This document shows, in pieces, positions 1 through 11,190 of a stretch of 64,000 nucleotides of DNA. A model generated the notes under the pieces. That model was not told the origin of the DNA and did no database searches. It saw only the letters and a list, made by a program, of their open reading frames with translations. The stretch covers positions 32,001 through 96,000 of IMG/VR virus record IMGVR_UViG_3300037851_000359; one strand, written 5' to 3'. Source of the stretch: a virus. The position numbers and the translations under genes were made by a program. Positions within the stretch are counted from its first letter, which is position 1. Every line of letters begins with the position of its first letter.

Positions 1-632
1 GAAAACTACTTTCAGTATCTCAAGATGAAACATCATTAGAATTTATAAACGCGACTTCTACAATTCATAATGATTTATTTGGAGTACAAGGAGGAATATC
101 AGGAGAATATTACCATTTAACTAATATACAATATTTGGATTATATAGGAAAAACAGAAGTTGCTAGTTTATCTGCAAATCTTCAAACCCAAATTGATAAT
201 ATTAGCGGAAATAATTTATTAAATGATTTAACGGATGTTAGTTTGTCAACTCCGACTTCAGGAAATGTATTATTATATAACGGAAATATTTGGATTAATA
301 AACCTCTTATTAAAACTATCACAACCATTTACCAAGGAAATCCAATATCAAACAACAAATTAAGTTTTACTAATATTCCATATAATTTAAATATCAACAA
401 ATATAGAATTACGACAGACGGCAACAATTACTCATCGACGTTAAACTTAGTAAAATCAACAACCATTCCAACATCATCGGATATAATTACCAGTATCACG
501 TTAACAAATACCAATAATATATCAGGAACCTTAAATATAACTGTTTCAGAAAATGATTTTATAGGATTTATAACACAAGATACCAGTGCTAATTTTTTAA
601 ATGTTCAACTTTTTGGAAATTTGAAGGATTAA
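1..632 (+). CDS. Fibre-like virion protein, 5'-truncated by window edge
   Basis: Frame is open from base 3 (KLLSVSQ...HNDLFGVQGGISGEYYHLT...DYIGKTEV), so the ORF-track start at 135 is internal. Shares modules with the next two genes. Confidence 0.7.
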   Translation, partial: KLLSVSQDETSLEFINATSTIHNDLFGVQGGISGEYYHLTNIQYLDYIGKTEVASLSANLQTQIDNISGNNLLNDLTDVSLSTPTSGNVLLYNGNIWINKPLIKTITTIYQGNPISNNKLSFTNIPYNLNINKYRITTDGNNYSSTLNLVKSTTIPTSSDIITSITLTNTNNISGTLNITVSENDFIGFITQDTSANFLNVQLFGNLKD

Positions 633-636
633 AATT

Positions 637-3600
637 ATGCCAAATATTTCAACCAATGGAGTATTAATAGCAAACGGAATACAAATTCCAGTATTTTCGG
701 TAAATATTGGAAACATCATAACATTAGATTCAGCAGGGAATATAATACCGTCAAATGTTCAAGTCACCACAATAACAGGACAAGATCAAGCCATTTTGGA
801 CGCATTAACCTCCGTTACTGGAAATTTACAAACACAGTTAAATGATATATCAGCTAATTATACTATGTTATCTTTAACAAATTCTATATCAAGTAATATG
901 CAAACTCAAATAAATACTTTAATAGAGGGATTAAAAGAACCAACTGGTTTTGAGAATCGTACAGATTCTTCAATAAGTTTTGATATTGGTACATTAACAT
1001 TTTCAATTTCAGGCAATCATAATATTTATTCTCATGGTATTAAATATTCAAAATCATCGGCAACCCAAGTTATTAATAATGCTGTAGGTGCTCATTATAT
1101 TTATTATGATTTAAATGGTAATTTAACATATTCACAAACTGTTTGGGATTTATCGACAAATATTCCAATAACTTATATATATCTAGATTCTACATTAACA
1201 AAGGCTTTATTATTTGAAGAACGACATGGTTCCGTAATGGATGCGGAAACTCATAGATATTTACATTTTACCCAAGGGGCACAATTTAAATCAGGTTTGA
1301 CTATTGCTGATTATGTTTTAAATAGCGACACGGTAGATGATAATAAATATTCTATATCATCAGGTGAAATATTTGATGAAGATATTTTAAATAGTATTCC
1401 TGGCATTGCTGATGGTGGTCCTTACAAGGTTGCGTATCGTACTGGAGTTAATGGTGAATGGACTTGGAGTACCACCGAAAGTTATCCATATTTTATTAAT
1501 GCAAATAGCATAAGATATAACCAATATACTGGTGCAACCTGGCAATTAACTGATATTACTACTAATAATAGATGGGTTAATTATTATATTATTGCTTCGA
1601 ATGCTTTAAATGATGGTATTTTAATAATTCCTGGTCAATCAATTTATACATCACTTGCTTTAGCACAAGCAGAATCAATAGCATCATTATCATTAGGCAA
1701 TTTTCCAATAGTTGAAGCGGTTGCGGTTTATCAAGTAACTCATCAATTTAGTACCGCATATGATAACGCTAATGGTCGTGCCAGAATAGTTGCGGTAACA
1801 AATATTAAAAATCAAAAACTTAACGCAACATTAATATCAAATAATACCCATAATAATTTATCTGGATTACAAGGTGGCGTTGCTGGTGAATATTTCCATT
1901 TAACAAGTTCACAATATTCTGATTATATTGGAAAAACTGAAGTTTCTAATATTTCTGGACAACTTCAATCTCAAATTGATGATAAAGCAAATGCTACAGA
2001 CTTAAATAACTATACACTATCAACAACTACCGATTCCATAACGGCAAATCTCCAATCACAAATAAATAACATTTTAAATAATAATATAGATATCAATGGT
2101 ATCAAAACATTTACAAATGATGTAATTATTAATGGGGATTTATTTGTTAATGGTTCACAAATTATTGTAAATTCTACTACAGTAAGTACTTGTGATAATG
2201 TATTGTTTTTAAATGCTGGGGAATTAGGATCAGGCGTCACTAATATTTCTGCTGGATTATTAATAGATCGTGGATCATTAGATAATTATGCAATAATATT
2301 CGATGAAATTTCAGATAGTTTTAAAATTGGTGAAATAAATGATTTACAAAAAGTTGCAACCCGTGAAGATTCCCCAATTAATGGTGGGGTAGCTATTTGG
2401 AATCCTACAGAATATCGTTTCGATACTACTAATAAATATGATACCAATATTCAAAATATTACCGCAAATTATACATTATTGTCTACCACAGCCGGTTTAA
2501 CGGCAAATTTACAATCTCAAATAAATAATGCAGTATTATTAACTGGGGTTCAGACAATTTCCGGCGAAAAAACATTTTTAAATAATATTTTAATTGGGGC
2601 AATTAAAATTGGAAATGGAACTACTACTCCAAAAAATATTTCAATCGGTGATACTTACTATAATTCACAACATGCCAATACAATAGAAGCATTAAAATTG
2701 AAAACGTTCCAAGATAGCGGAAATGCTTCAGGCTTAACATTCACCTACGACGGATCTTTAGCAGCACAAGAATACCATGCCGATATACTAATACCAAATT
2801 CAACCGCACAACATAGATTCTACTCAGGACCAAATCAAATTCCTTTATGGACTATTGATCCAAATTATTGCAAAACCCCTGGAATACTCAAAATAACAAA
2901 TACTACGGACACAACCGCCGCAAGCGAAGGATCATTACAGGTTTATGGCGGGGCTTATATCGCTAAATCTGCAATTATTGGCGATACTGCGTCGGTAAAT
3001 AACGTTGCTCTAACGGTAGGAAACAATCAAAGTGGGGTGGCATTCTTAAGAGCAAGTGATGGTCGTCCAGGCGGTACTCCAACTTATAGAAAAATGGCCT
3101 ACTTATCAATCGGAGGAACACAGGGACAAGCATACGATAGTAGACTTTCTATCTATGGTAGGCAAGATAATATTTCAACGGCACCAGATAATGCTACCTA
3201 CAAATTTGTCAATTCAAATGTTGCCGATGGATATGCCTCTGAATATACATTGTTTGAATGTAATTCATCACGATTTACCATTCCTACCGCAACTACAACT
3301 GGAACAATAACAGTTACGAGACAAGATTTAACAGCAGAAGGGGGAGAAATTCAACTTTGTAGAGCCACTGATAATACTAATTATTATCGTATAGACTGTT
3401 TTGGAACTACAAATACTCCAAACCTAAGAATCTTAAACGATTATGCTAGTTTATTAGAAATTGATTCAAATGGTTTTATTACCATAAATAAATTTACAGG
3501 AAAATGCATACAATTAGGAAATTATACAGGCACTAGCACTTCTGATCCTTGCCAAATTAATCTTGGCGGAACATATAGCGATACAGCAGGATCAAATTTA

Positions 3601-4125
3601 AAAATTAAAATGTTCGATAATGGTAATAGCAGTTTAGATTATGGGTTTGGCGTTTCAGCAAGTCAATTAGATATTCGGGCCGCTGGCGATGCTGATATCG
3701 CTTTCTGGATTGCAACTACAGAAAAATTTACGATAAAAAATAATGGCGATTTAAGTCTTATTAATAATGCAAACATATGGTTGAGAGGAAATGGATTAAC
3801 AGCAGGAAGCGTAAAAATACTTTCAGCGAGTGACAACACTTGCCAAATATCAAGCAATACATCAAATGGTTTATTGATGAAACTTGACGGATTAGATACC
3901 TATCTTTTAATTGGAACTCAAATATCACCAGGAACCAACACGTCCTTAAATACAGAAAGAAATATTAATATTATAGATTCAAATTATGGATATAAGGTAA
4001 ATGATATTCAAGTAGTTGGGGGTCAACAATCTGCCGTTGCTGATGCTACAGGAGCAGGAGATATAGTAGCGCAATTTAATACATTATTATCCCGCCTTCG
4101 TACACATGGGTTAATAGCATCTTGA
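637..4125 (+). CDS. Long fibre/adhesin-like virion protein (1162 aa)
   Basis: Thr/Ser/Asn/Gly-rich; LTxNLQSQI heptads; HNxLxGLQGG..EYFHLT module; C-terminal FNTLLSRLRTHGLI resembles head-fibre ends. Confidence 0.7.
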   Translation: MPNISTNGVLIANGIQIPVFSVNIGNIITLDSAGNIIPSNVQVTTITGQDQAILDALTSVTGNLQTQLNDISANYTMLSLTNSISSNMQTQINTLIEGLKEPTGFENRTDSSISFDIGTLTFSISGNHNIYSHGIKYSKSSATQVINNAVGAHYIYYDLNGNLTYSQTVWDLSTNIPITYIYLDSTLTKALLFEERHGSVMDAETHRYLHFTQGAQFKSGLTIADYVLNSDTVDDNKYSISSGEIFDEDILNSIPGIADGGPYKVAYRTGVNGEWTWSTTESYPYFINANSIRYNQYTGATWQLTDITTNNRWVNYYIIASNALNDGILIIPGQSIYTSLALAQAESIASLSLGNFPIVEAVAVYQVTHQFSTAYDNANGRARIVAVTNIKNQKLNATLISNNTHNNLSGLQGGVAGEYFHLTSSQYSDYIGKTEVSNISGQLQSQIDDKANATDLNNYTLSTTTDSITANLQSQINNILNNNIDINGIKTFTNDVIINGDLFVNGSQIIVNSTTVSTCDNVLFLNAGELGSGVTNISAGLLIDRGSLDNYAIIFDEISDSFKIGEINDLQKVATREDSPINGGVAIWNPTEYRFDTTNKYDTNIQNITANYTLLSTTAGLTANLQSQINNAVLLTGVQTISGEKTFLNNILIGAIKIGNGTTTPKNISIGDTYYNSQHANTIEALKLKTFQDSGNASGLTFTYDGSLAAQEYHADILIPNSTAQHRFYSGPNQIPLWTIDPNYCKTPGILKITNTTDTTAASEGSLQVYGGAYIAKSAIIGDTASVNNVALTVGNNQSGVAFLRASDGRPGGTPTYRKMAYLSIGGTQGQAYDSRLSIYGRQDNISTAPDNATYKFVNSNVADGYASEYTLFECNSSRFTIPTATTTGTITVTRQDLTAEGGEIQLCRATDNTNYYRIDCFGTTNTPNLRILNDYASLLEIDSNGFITINKFTGKCIQLGNYTGTSTSDPCQINLGGTYSDTAGSNLKIKMFDNGNSSLDYGFGVSASQLDIRAAGDADIAFWIATTEKFTIKNNGDLSLINNANIWLRGNGLTAGSVKILSASDNTCQISSNTSNGLLMKLDGLDTYLLIGTQISPGTNTSLNTERNINIIDSNYGYKVNDIQVVGGQQSAVADATGAGDIVAQFNTLLSRLRTHGLIAS

Positions 4126-4197
4126 TAAATAAAAGAGAGGATCCCAAAAATGACAAACAACATTAACATAATTCAATGCATTTAAAAATCAAAATAA

Positions 4198-4205
4198 TAT
4201 AAATA
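4198..4205 (+). promoter_or_regulatory. T4-type late promoter TATAAATA
   Basis: Exact motif in intergenic gap, followed by AAGGA RBS and ATG at 4227. Confidence 0.6.
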
Positions 4206-4226
4206 TTTCATAAGGACAATTAAAAA

Positions 4227-7200
4227 ATGCCAAGATTTTCTTTTGACGGAAAAGTTATTGCAGAAACCGGAATTATCGTAGAATCGTTAAATAATAACGA
4301 AAATATCATTTTAATTACTGATATAAATGGAGAAATAAAAAATAGTAATATTAATGTAAATGATTTACTTCTTACCTCGCAACTAAATGCAATAACATCA
4401 AATTATTATTCCAAAAGTGATATTGAAAGTATTTCAGGAAATCTACAGTCTCAAATTGATAGCATTTCTGGGTCAAGTAATAATATTATTATTTCACAAG
4501 GTTATGGAATTTCTGTTGTTGAAGATCCTACTGGAACTTTTACTATTTCCGTTACTGGCGAATTTGGTGATGCAACTCTTAGATCCGAAGTAGAAAATAT
4601 TACTGGACAACTCCAATCTCAAATAAATACAAAAGCAAATACATCGGATTTGAATAACTATACATTATTAACTACTACCGCAGAATTAACTGGACAACTT
4701 CAATCTCAAATAGATTCTTTTAATATTATTGCTGGTTCAAATATTACTGTATATGAAACCCCAGAAAATACATGGACTATATCTGCTGCAATATCTGGTG
4801 GTGGGACAGACCACAATACATTAGCAAATCTACAAGGGGGAACAACTTCACAATATTATCACTTAACCCAATCACAATATTCTAATTATATCGAAAAAAC
4901 TGAAGTCGAAAATGTTACTGCTAACTTTGAAAATAGAATAATTGATTTAGAAAACAACCCGGTTCCTGATATTTTTAGATCAGAAATTGAAAACATTTCA
5001 AGCAATTTACAATCTCAAATAAATACAAAAGCAAATACATCGGATTTAAATAACTATACACTATTAACAACCACGGAATCATTAACCGGAAATATTCAAT
5101 CACAAATTGATGATTTGTATGTAGATTTATATAATTTTGATACGGATCTCCAAACACAATTAATTAATATTTCGTCTAATTTTACGCTATTGTCTACTAC
5201 TGAATTATTAACTGGCAATCTTCAATCTCAAATTAATAATATTTTAGACCAATCAACCATTATTATTCCTGGTTACGGAATTTCTGCTATCGAAGATCCT
5301 TCTAATACATATACAATTTCTGTTTCGGGGCAATTTGTCGATAATAATTTAAGAACTGAAATTGAAACTATTACTGCTAATTTTGATACTAGAATTACTG
5401 ATTTAGAAAATAATCAAACTATTTCTACCGGAGTTATTACCGTTTCTGGCGGTACTATTACCGGATCACTATTTGTATATGACGGAGTATACAATACTGG
5501 AGGTTCATGGACTACTAGTATTATGCCTTCGGGAGAATATTATGGGGTTGCTTATGGTTACGATAAATTTGTTGCGGTTGGATTTAATTCTGCAACACAA
5601 ACTCCTATAATTTCTTATTCACAAGATGGAAAATTTTGGAAATCAGCAACAGTTCCACAACAGCTATTAGATAACGAATCAAGTTTATACGATATTTGTT
5701 ATGGAAACGGAAAATTTGTTGCAACATGCTCAAATTCAGCAACCGAAAATGAAGTAATAATTTATTCAGATGACGGAATTAATTGGACGGTCGCAGTTAC
5801 ACCAAATTCTACATTTCAAACCGAAACCGCAATAACTTATGGTAATGATAGATTCGTTGCGGCTGCTTATAGTGGTGATATTGCAATAATGTATTCTTAC
5901 GATGGAATAAATTGGACCCATGCTGATTCCGTTACCGATTTTGGGTGGCAAGACTTATCTTATTATAATGGTAGATTCTTTGCTGTTGGGGATCAGATTT
6001 TTGGTTATTCAGACAATGGTATCAATTGGGTAATTCAAAACTCTTTCGGATACGAATTTTTTTACATTTTAACTTGTGGAAATGGAATAATATTAGCAAC
6101 AAGCGCATTTTCATCAAATTATACTTTTTATTATTCTACTGACTTTGGAAATAATTGGAATTCAGTTATTATTCCTTCATCACCAACTATTTATGATCTT
6201 ATATTTGCAAATGGCCAATTCATTGGATTAGATTCATTAGGAAATACATATATTTCTAAAGATTGTGAAAATTGGACAATTTTAAATAATATCGAACCAA
6301 ATTCTTATGCTGGTATGTATTATGCAAATGGCATGTTGATTGCCGTTGGTGAAAATTCCTGTGCAATTAACGGTTGGTATAATGGTACTCATTCAGGATC
6401 TTCCACAACTATTTCTGCCGGATCAGGATTGACAATTCATAATGATTTAACAGAAATTCAAGGTGGTACTTCAAACGAATATTATCATTTAACCAATTCT
6501 CAATATTCTGATTATATAGGAAAAACTGAAGTCTTTAATATTACTGGAAACCTCCAATCTCAAATAAATAACAAAGCAAATACCACAGACCTAAATAACT
6601 ATACATTATTAACTACTACTTCCACTTTAACGGGAAACCTCCAATCTCAAATAAATAACTTAAATTTAAATACGTTATCTGATGTTAATATTACAAATGT
6701 AACTGGTGGTCAAATATTATATTACAATGGAAGCAATTGGCAAAATAAAGACCTAAATATTCCTGGTGGTGGTTGGGCATATTCCTCTATTGTTGGATTA
6801 AGTGGAGTCCAGACAACGGGATTGGCATTATATAATCCCATTAAATTTACTAATATTATAGGAAATCATACATTAAATACATATAAAATTAAAATATTAG
6901 CTAATCAAACTGCAATGTTAAAAGCAGGAGTGCGAGCAGAATATACAGCAACTACAGGATGGGCAAAATTCCAATGGTATGATGTTACTAATGCACAATA
7001 TGTTGGGGTGGAAATGCATGCGTTCCCACCAACCTATAATTATCAACAATTTACTGAATCAATCGTAGTTGCAAGAATTTCAACAACCGTAGATACAGAA
7101 TATGAATTGAGAATAACTGGAATTACAGGAGCAATAAGTCAAATAAATGCGGCTTGGGCTACCGCAGAATCCACTGATGCAAACTTTATTGGAAGAACTG

Positions 7201-8006
7201 AAATTGCTAATATTACAGGAAATTTTCAAACTCAAATAAATAATTACACATTATTATCTACTACCGCATCATTAACCGCAAATCTTCAAACACAAATAAA
7301 TAATATTACAGCAAGTACAAATAATCACAATTCGCTACTTAATATACAAGGCGGAATAAGTAATCAATATTACCATTTATCACAAGATCAATACGATAAT
7401 TTTATTTCATCAACCACAGTTTCCTCGTTAACAGGAAATTTACAAACTCAAATAGACAATGTAACAGGAACCGGGGCAACAATATTAAACGAATTAACTG
7501 ATGTAACCATTTCCACACCAACTTCAGGACAAATATTATATTACAACGGGTCGCAATGGATAAATAATACTCCCGTTACAAACCCATATGGATCTATGTA
7601 TTTAGAACCAGAAACCGTTAAATCTATTACTGTTAATACGAGTGGGGCGGCATTAAATATATATACTAATGTATCATCAACATATGGAATTACTACATCA
7701 TTATCAGCAGGGAAAATTTATTTTCAACAACCCGGTAATTATTATGTATCAACAACCCAATCGTATTTTATGGGAACACCAGGACCAACCAGTGATAATA
7801 TTAATTTCAGGCTATATAAAAATAATCAAAAAACATATTTGTATAATATTCAAAACGCAATACAAGGAAAATGGATATCATCGTCAAATTTCGGAATTAT
7901 ATCAGTAAACGCCAATGATTATATAGAAACTAAAGTTACTTCCGGCACAACCACTCCATTTGATTTAATTTTTTATAGCGGAACATTAAACATTTTTAAA
8001 GTTTAA
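4227..8006 (+). CDS. Fibre-like virion protein with central Asp-box/BNR beta-propeller (1259 aa)
   Basis: Repeated YSxDGxNW and YGNGKFVA motifs flanked by NLQSQI coiled repeats and LxDVxIxxPTSGQILYYNG modules. Confidence 0.75.
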   Translation: MPRFSFDGKVIAETGIIVESLNNNENIILITDINGEIKNSNINVNDLLLTSQLNAITSNYYSKSDIESISGNLQSQIDSISGSSNNIIISQGYGISVVEDPTGTFTISVTGEFGDATLRSEVENITGQLQSQINTKANTSDLNNYTLLTTTAELTGQLQSQIDSFNIIAGSNITVYETPENTWTISAAISGGGTDHNTLANLQGGTTSQYYHLTQSQYSNYIEKTEVENVTANFENRIIDLENNPVPDIFRSEIENISSNLQSQINTKANTSDLNNYTLLTTTESLTGNIQSQIDDLYVDLYNFDTDLQTQLINISSNFTLLSTTELLTGNLQSQINNILDQSTIIIPGYGISAIEDPSNTYTISVSGQFVDNNLRTEIETITANFDTRITDLENNQTISTGVITVSGGTITGSLFVYDGVYNTGGSWTTSIMPSGEYYGVAYGYDKFVAVGFNSATQTPIISYSQDGKFWKSATVPQQLLDNESSLYDICYGNGKFVATCSNSATENEVIIYSDDGINWTVAVTPNSTFQTETAITYGNDRFVAAAYSGDIAIMYSYDGINWTHADSVTDFGWQDLSYYNGRFFAVGDQIFGYSDNGINWVIQNSFGYEFFYILTCGNGIILATSAFSSNYTFYYSTDFGNNWNSVIIPSSPTIYDLIFANGQFIGLDSLGNTYISKDCENWTILNNIEPNSYAGMYYANGMLIAVGENSCAINGWYNGTHSGSSTTISAGSGLTIHNDLTEIQGGTSNEYYHLTNSQYSDYIGKTEVFNITGNLQSQINNKANTTDLNNYTLLTTTSTLTGNLQSQINNLNLNTLSDVNITNVTGGQILYYNGSNWQNKDLNIPGGGWAYSSIVGLSGVQTTGLALYNPIKFTNIIGNHTLNTYKIKILANQTAMLKAGVRAEYTATTGWAKFQWYDVTNAQYVGVEMHAFPPTYNYQQFTESIVVARISTTVDTEYELRITGITGAISQINAAWATAESTDANFIGRTEIANITGNFQTQINNYTLLSTTASLTANLQTQINNITASTNNHNSLLNIQGGISNQYYHLSQDQYDNFISSTTVSSLTGNLQTQIDNVTGTGATILNELTDVTISTPTSGQILYYNGSQWINNTPVTNPYGSMYLEPETVKSITVNTSGAALNIYTNVSSTYGITTSLSAGKIYFQQPGNYYVSTTQSYFMGTPGPTSDNINFRLYKNNQKTYLYNIQNAIQGKWISSSNFGIISVNANDYIETKVTSGTTTPFDLIFYSGTLNIFKV

Positions 8007-8024
8007 TAGTCAGGAAAATATTTT

Positions 8025-8984
8025 ATGGTATATAATAAACAAGGGAAATTTTGGAATCATAAAAATGATACCCCAGCCTCAACTAATTATAAAGTATTAT
8101 CAGAGCATTATTTAGCAGAAAACGGAAAAATAACTATTAATAATGACCAAGGCGATCCAGTAACCAAAGTTTATAAACTATTAATAAATAATCAAATACA
8201 ATTTCATACATCTGTATTTCAATATGATTTAACCAATAATTGGATAAATCTTGTAAATATTTCTGGTGGATCATATTCAGATATTGATATAACAGCATTA
8301 CATACTCTTGAAGAAAACTTATACAATTTTAATTTAACCAATAAAATTACAAACTTATGGCCATTGGTCGGAAATAATTTACAAACAACAAAATATCCAT
8401 TAATAGGAAATGATATTTTAACATCAGTATCATTTTTAGATTCTGATTATTCACGAACAACCGGAATTGTTGGAAAAACTGGTGGTGGATATAAAACCAC
8501 ATATTATCCTCCAGGGGCAGGCTTTTTAGCTGTAGATATTTTACAAGCTCCAGTTTCAGGAACAGGTGGCTATTGGCCAATGGGCGTTAGTGGAGGGGGT
8601 GGATATTGGGGCCTTCAAGACTATACAACGCCAAGAATGTATTCCTATTATGATCCAGTTAATGCATATGTTTCTCCAGGGGTATCGTTACCATCATTAA
8701 TAGGCGTATGGTGTTTTGGAAGAAATTCTGATAAATATAATCCATTATATATAAACGGAACCTTTTATGCAGCAAGAACAACAGCATCAACATTAAATAC
8801 ATCAACAAAACCATTATATTTAATGGGTAGAAATTCATTAGCTGATGGAAGTATGAGAAATTCATTTTCTGATGGCGGAAGATGTGGATTGTTTGCTACT
8901 TTAGTAACGGATTTAACTGTCACAGACCATGCAAATCTTGTTACTGCTATTAATAATTTTAGAACAGTTTTAAATCGTTCTTAA
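8025..8984 (+). CDS. Putative virion protein, C-terminal lectin/LamG-like beta-sandwich
   Basis: Co-oriented after fibres; LYING...LYLMGRN pattern. Confidence 0.45.
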   Translation: MVYNKQGKFWNHKNDTPASTNYKVLSEHYLAENGKITINNDQGDPVTKVYKLLINNQIQFHTSVFQYDLTNNWINLVNISGGSYSDIDITALHTLEENLYNFNLTNKITNLWPLVGNNLQTTKYPLIGNDILTSVSFLDSDYSRTTGIVGKTGGGYKTTYYPPGAGFLAVDILQAPVSGTGGYWPMGVSGGGGYWGLQDYTTPRMYSYYDPVNAYVSPGVSLPSLIGVWCFGRNSDKYNPLYINGTFYAARTTASTLNTSTKPLYLMGRNSLADGSMRNSFSDGGRCGLFATLVTDLTVTDHANLVTAINNFRTVLNRS

Positions 8985-8994
8985 TAATTTTTTA

Positions 8995-9345
8995 TTATTT
9001 AAGATTCATGAAACCAATGATTGCGTATGGGATTTGATCATCATTTGTTTTAAGAATAAGTAATAATTTTTTATTATTTTTAATAATAACGAATGTTATA
9101 GTGAATTTTAGAGTAGTTTGAAGATCATCAACATTTAATTTAAAAGAATCTTGATTATCATTAACTAAGAGTGTTTGTAATTCTACCAAAGTTAATAATA
9201 TTTCAGTAAGTAATAGACCGTGCTGTTCAGTATATGATTCAGCAAAGACATAATTAATAATATCAGGAAAAGAAATCCAAGAATCAGGATTTTCAGTGAA
9301 TAATTGAATTATTTTATTTTTGATAAAATTTTCATTCATTACCAA
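8995..9345 (-). CDS. Hypothetical protein
   Basis: ORF convergent with the fibre operon; ATG at 9339 is a likely start. Confidence 0.5.
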   Translation of the reverse strand: MVMNENFIKNKIIQLFTENPDSWISFPDIINYVFAESYTEQHGLLLTEILLTLVELQTLLVNDNQDSFKLNVDDLQTTLKFTITFVIIKNNKKLLLILKTNDDQIPYAIIGFMNLK

Positions 9346-9356
9346 TATTATAGCGA

Positions 9357-10664
9357 TTATTTTTTAATTTTAGTCCAATTTTTATATAATTTGAATAATG
9401 AGGTAGATTCTTTAATAATATCTTTAGAGAATTGTTGTTCAAGGATATCATTAGCTTTATTCATTTGTAATAATTGTTCTATTTGTTGTTTTTGTTGTTG
9501 CAATTTTAATAATGCTGTATTAAATGGGAAAGATTTAACGGTATCATCATTTAAGAGCAAGAATTTTATTACTTTTCCTAATGGTCCTTGTAGGAAAGGG
9601 GCGATATTTGCTTTTAGAGAGTTTATATCAATATTATTAGAATTTTTAGCAGAAGCAATTTGTTTTAATTTTTTAACACAATCATTATAATTTTTAGTAG
9701 TTTCGAAAATAGGAGCAATCATAACATCGTCTCTGGTGTATGGGCTAACAGTATAAACTTGTTTAGTATGGTCTGTAGCGGCATTATATTGTTGAGAATG
9801 AGCATCAACTTGTTTATAATGTGGAATATCAGTAGGCGATTGTTGAGCAGTTAGACGAGGTTGATAGAAATTGATATTTTGTGATCTTTGTTCGGTATTT
9901 TCTGTATCAAGTGGATTTGGTCGAATTGGTGTATGCAATTTAGAATATTCTACATTAATATTAGCAACGCTTTGAATGAATAAGAAAATATTTAAGAATT
10001 TTTCATCTTTTTCATCAATAGTTGCTTTTTCAAGGTAATAAAAACATTCTTTTAATGATTTAAAAGCCCATTTATCTCGTATCATTAATATACCAGCTTT
10101 TTTATAATGTTGTATATTTACAAGAGTTGTATTAGCCAAGGTATCATATTCAGGTATAAATTTAGTATATAATTCTTTAATTTCTTCTTGAATATTAGTT
10201 TTTTCTTCTTGAACTTCTTTTACATATTGCATTTTAGATTTTTTTAATTTTTTATATGATTTGATAGAATTATCGACAATACGATTAATGACTTCATCTT
10301 TAATATTAAAAAAAGATGTATCAGATAATTCAGGAACAGGTTCATTAGCTGATGTTGCGAATAGGGATTGGTTTTCTTGAATTTTTTTAGATTTTTTAGA
10401 TTCGATTTTTTGTAATTTTATATAATACTCAGCATCTTCCCAAAGATGATCCATCGCTATTTCTTTTTGTAATTTTTTATTATTAGTATGTTCAGATTCT
10501 ACTTTAATACCTTTTTCCAATTGTCCTTGAATATATTTAATAGTTTTGTTATGTTTTTTAGCAACATCTTGGATAGTTTTATTATCTGCCAATCCACCTT
10601 TTAATAATTCTTTTTCAAGAATTAATTTATATGATTTTTTTAGAGAGAATTGGTTATCATTCAT
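9357..10664 (-). CDS. DUF5661-like domain protein, probable internal head protein
   Basis: GGLAD...KGIKVESEHT...EIAMDHLWEDAEYYIKL motif. Confidence 0.65.
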   Translation of the reverse strand: MNDNQFSLKKSYKLILEKELLKGGLADNKTIQDVAKKHNKTIKYIQGQLEKGIKVESEHTNNKKLQKEIAMDHLWEDAEYYIKLQKIESKKSKKIQENQSLFATSANEPVPELSDTSFFNIKDEVINRIVDNSIKSYKKLKKSKMQYVKEVQEEKTNIQEEIKELYTKFIPEYDTLANTTLVNIQHYKKAGILMIRDKWAFKSLKECFYYLEKATIDEKDEKFLNIFLFIQSVANINVEYSKLHTPIRPNPLDTENTEQRSQNINFYQPRLTAQQSPTDIPHYKQVDAHSQQYNAATDHTKQVYTVSPYTRDDVMIAPIFETTKNYNDCVKKLKQIASAKNSNNIDINSLKANIAPFLQGPLGKVIKFLLLNDDTVKSFPFNTALLKLQQQKQQIEQLLQMNKANDILEQQFSKDIIKESTSLFKLYKNWTKIKK

Positions 10665-10668
10665 AAAT

Positions 10669-11151
10669 TCAGCCCATAATTATTGAAAATTTTTCGCAAT
10701 CATCTTTAGTGACCGTTGATTTTTTAGATGTTTTTTTATATTGTTCCCAGGCGGATTCGCATATTTTTTTCTTTTGTGATTTAGCTTCGGACATATCGAA
10801 ATTTTTTGCTTGTCCTGGGACTTTGCCATTAGTAGTTCTTGGGGTTTGTTCTTCAAGAACATCTTTTTCTTCTGGAGTTTCATCAATAATTTTTTTATTT
10901 TTAAGTGTATTAATTTCTTCTTTAATTTTAGACATATTTTGTTTAGCAGATTCCAATTCTGATTTTTTTTGGCCTAATTCAGAAAGATATTTTATTTCTT
11001 CTTCTAATTCTTTAATATTCGTTTCCATTAATGATTTTTTTTCTGTTAATTTTTTAATTTTTTGAGCCATAGTATCATCAATAGTTGGAGTATCTTGTTT
11101 ATTTTGTTGTGATTCGACCAATAATTTATAGGCTTGCTTTAATTGATTCAT
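10669..11151 (-). CDS. Coiled-coil late protein
   Basis: AGGAG RBS before ATG 11151 (MNQLKQAY); TATAAATA at 11172-11179. Confidence 0.6.
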   Translation of the reverse strand: MNQLKQAYKLLVESQQNKQDTPTIDDTMAQKIKKLTEKKSLMETNIKELEEEIKYLSELGQKKSELESAKQNMSKIKEEINTLKNKKIIDETPEEKDVLEEQTPRTTNGKVPGQAKNFDMSEAKSQKKKICESAWEQYKKTSKKSTVTKDDCEKFSIIMG

Positions 11152-11171
11152 AAAAACTCCTGATTTAATTA

Positions 11172-11179
11172 TATTTATA
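11172..11179 (-). promoter_or_regulatory. Late promoter TATAAATA
   Basis: Exact motif just downstream of a terminator and upstream of an RBS. Confidence 0.55.
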
Positions 11180-11190
11180 TTAAATAAATA

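Noticed and set aside
637-8006. Many N-X-S/T sequons in fibres as evidence of N-glycosylation
   Set aside because: About 11 in the first 400 aa of the 1259-aa protein, roughly what its high Asn/Ser/Thr content would give by chance; no D/E-X-N-X-S/T pattern in the repeat modules.
4227-8984. Diversity-generating retroelement acting on fibre tips
   Set aside because: No reverse transcriptase and no adenine-specific TR/VR pair seen; the repeats are in-frame coding modules.
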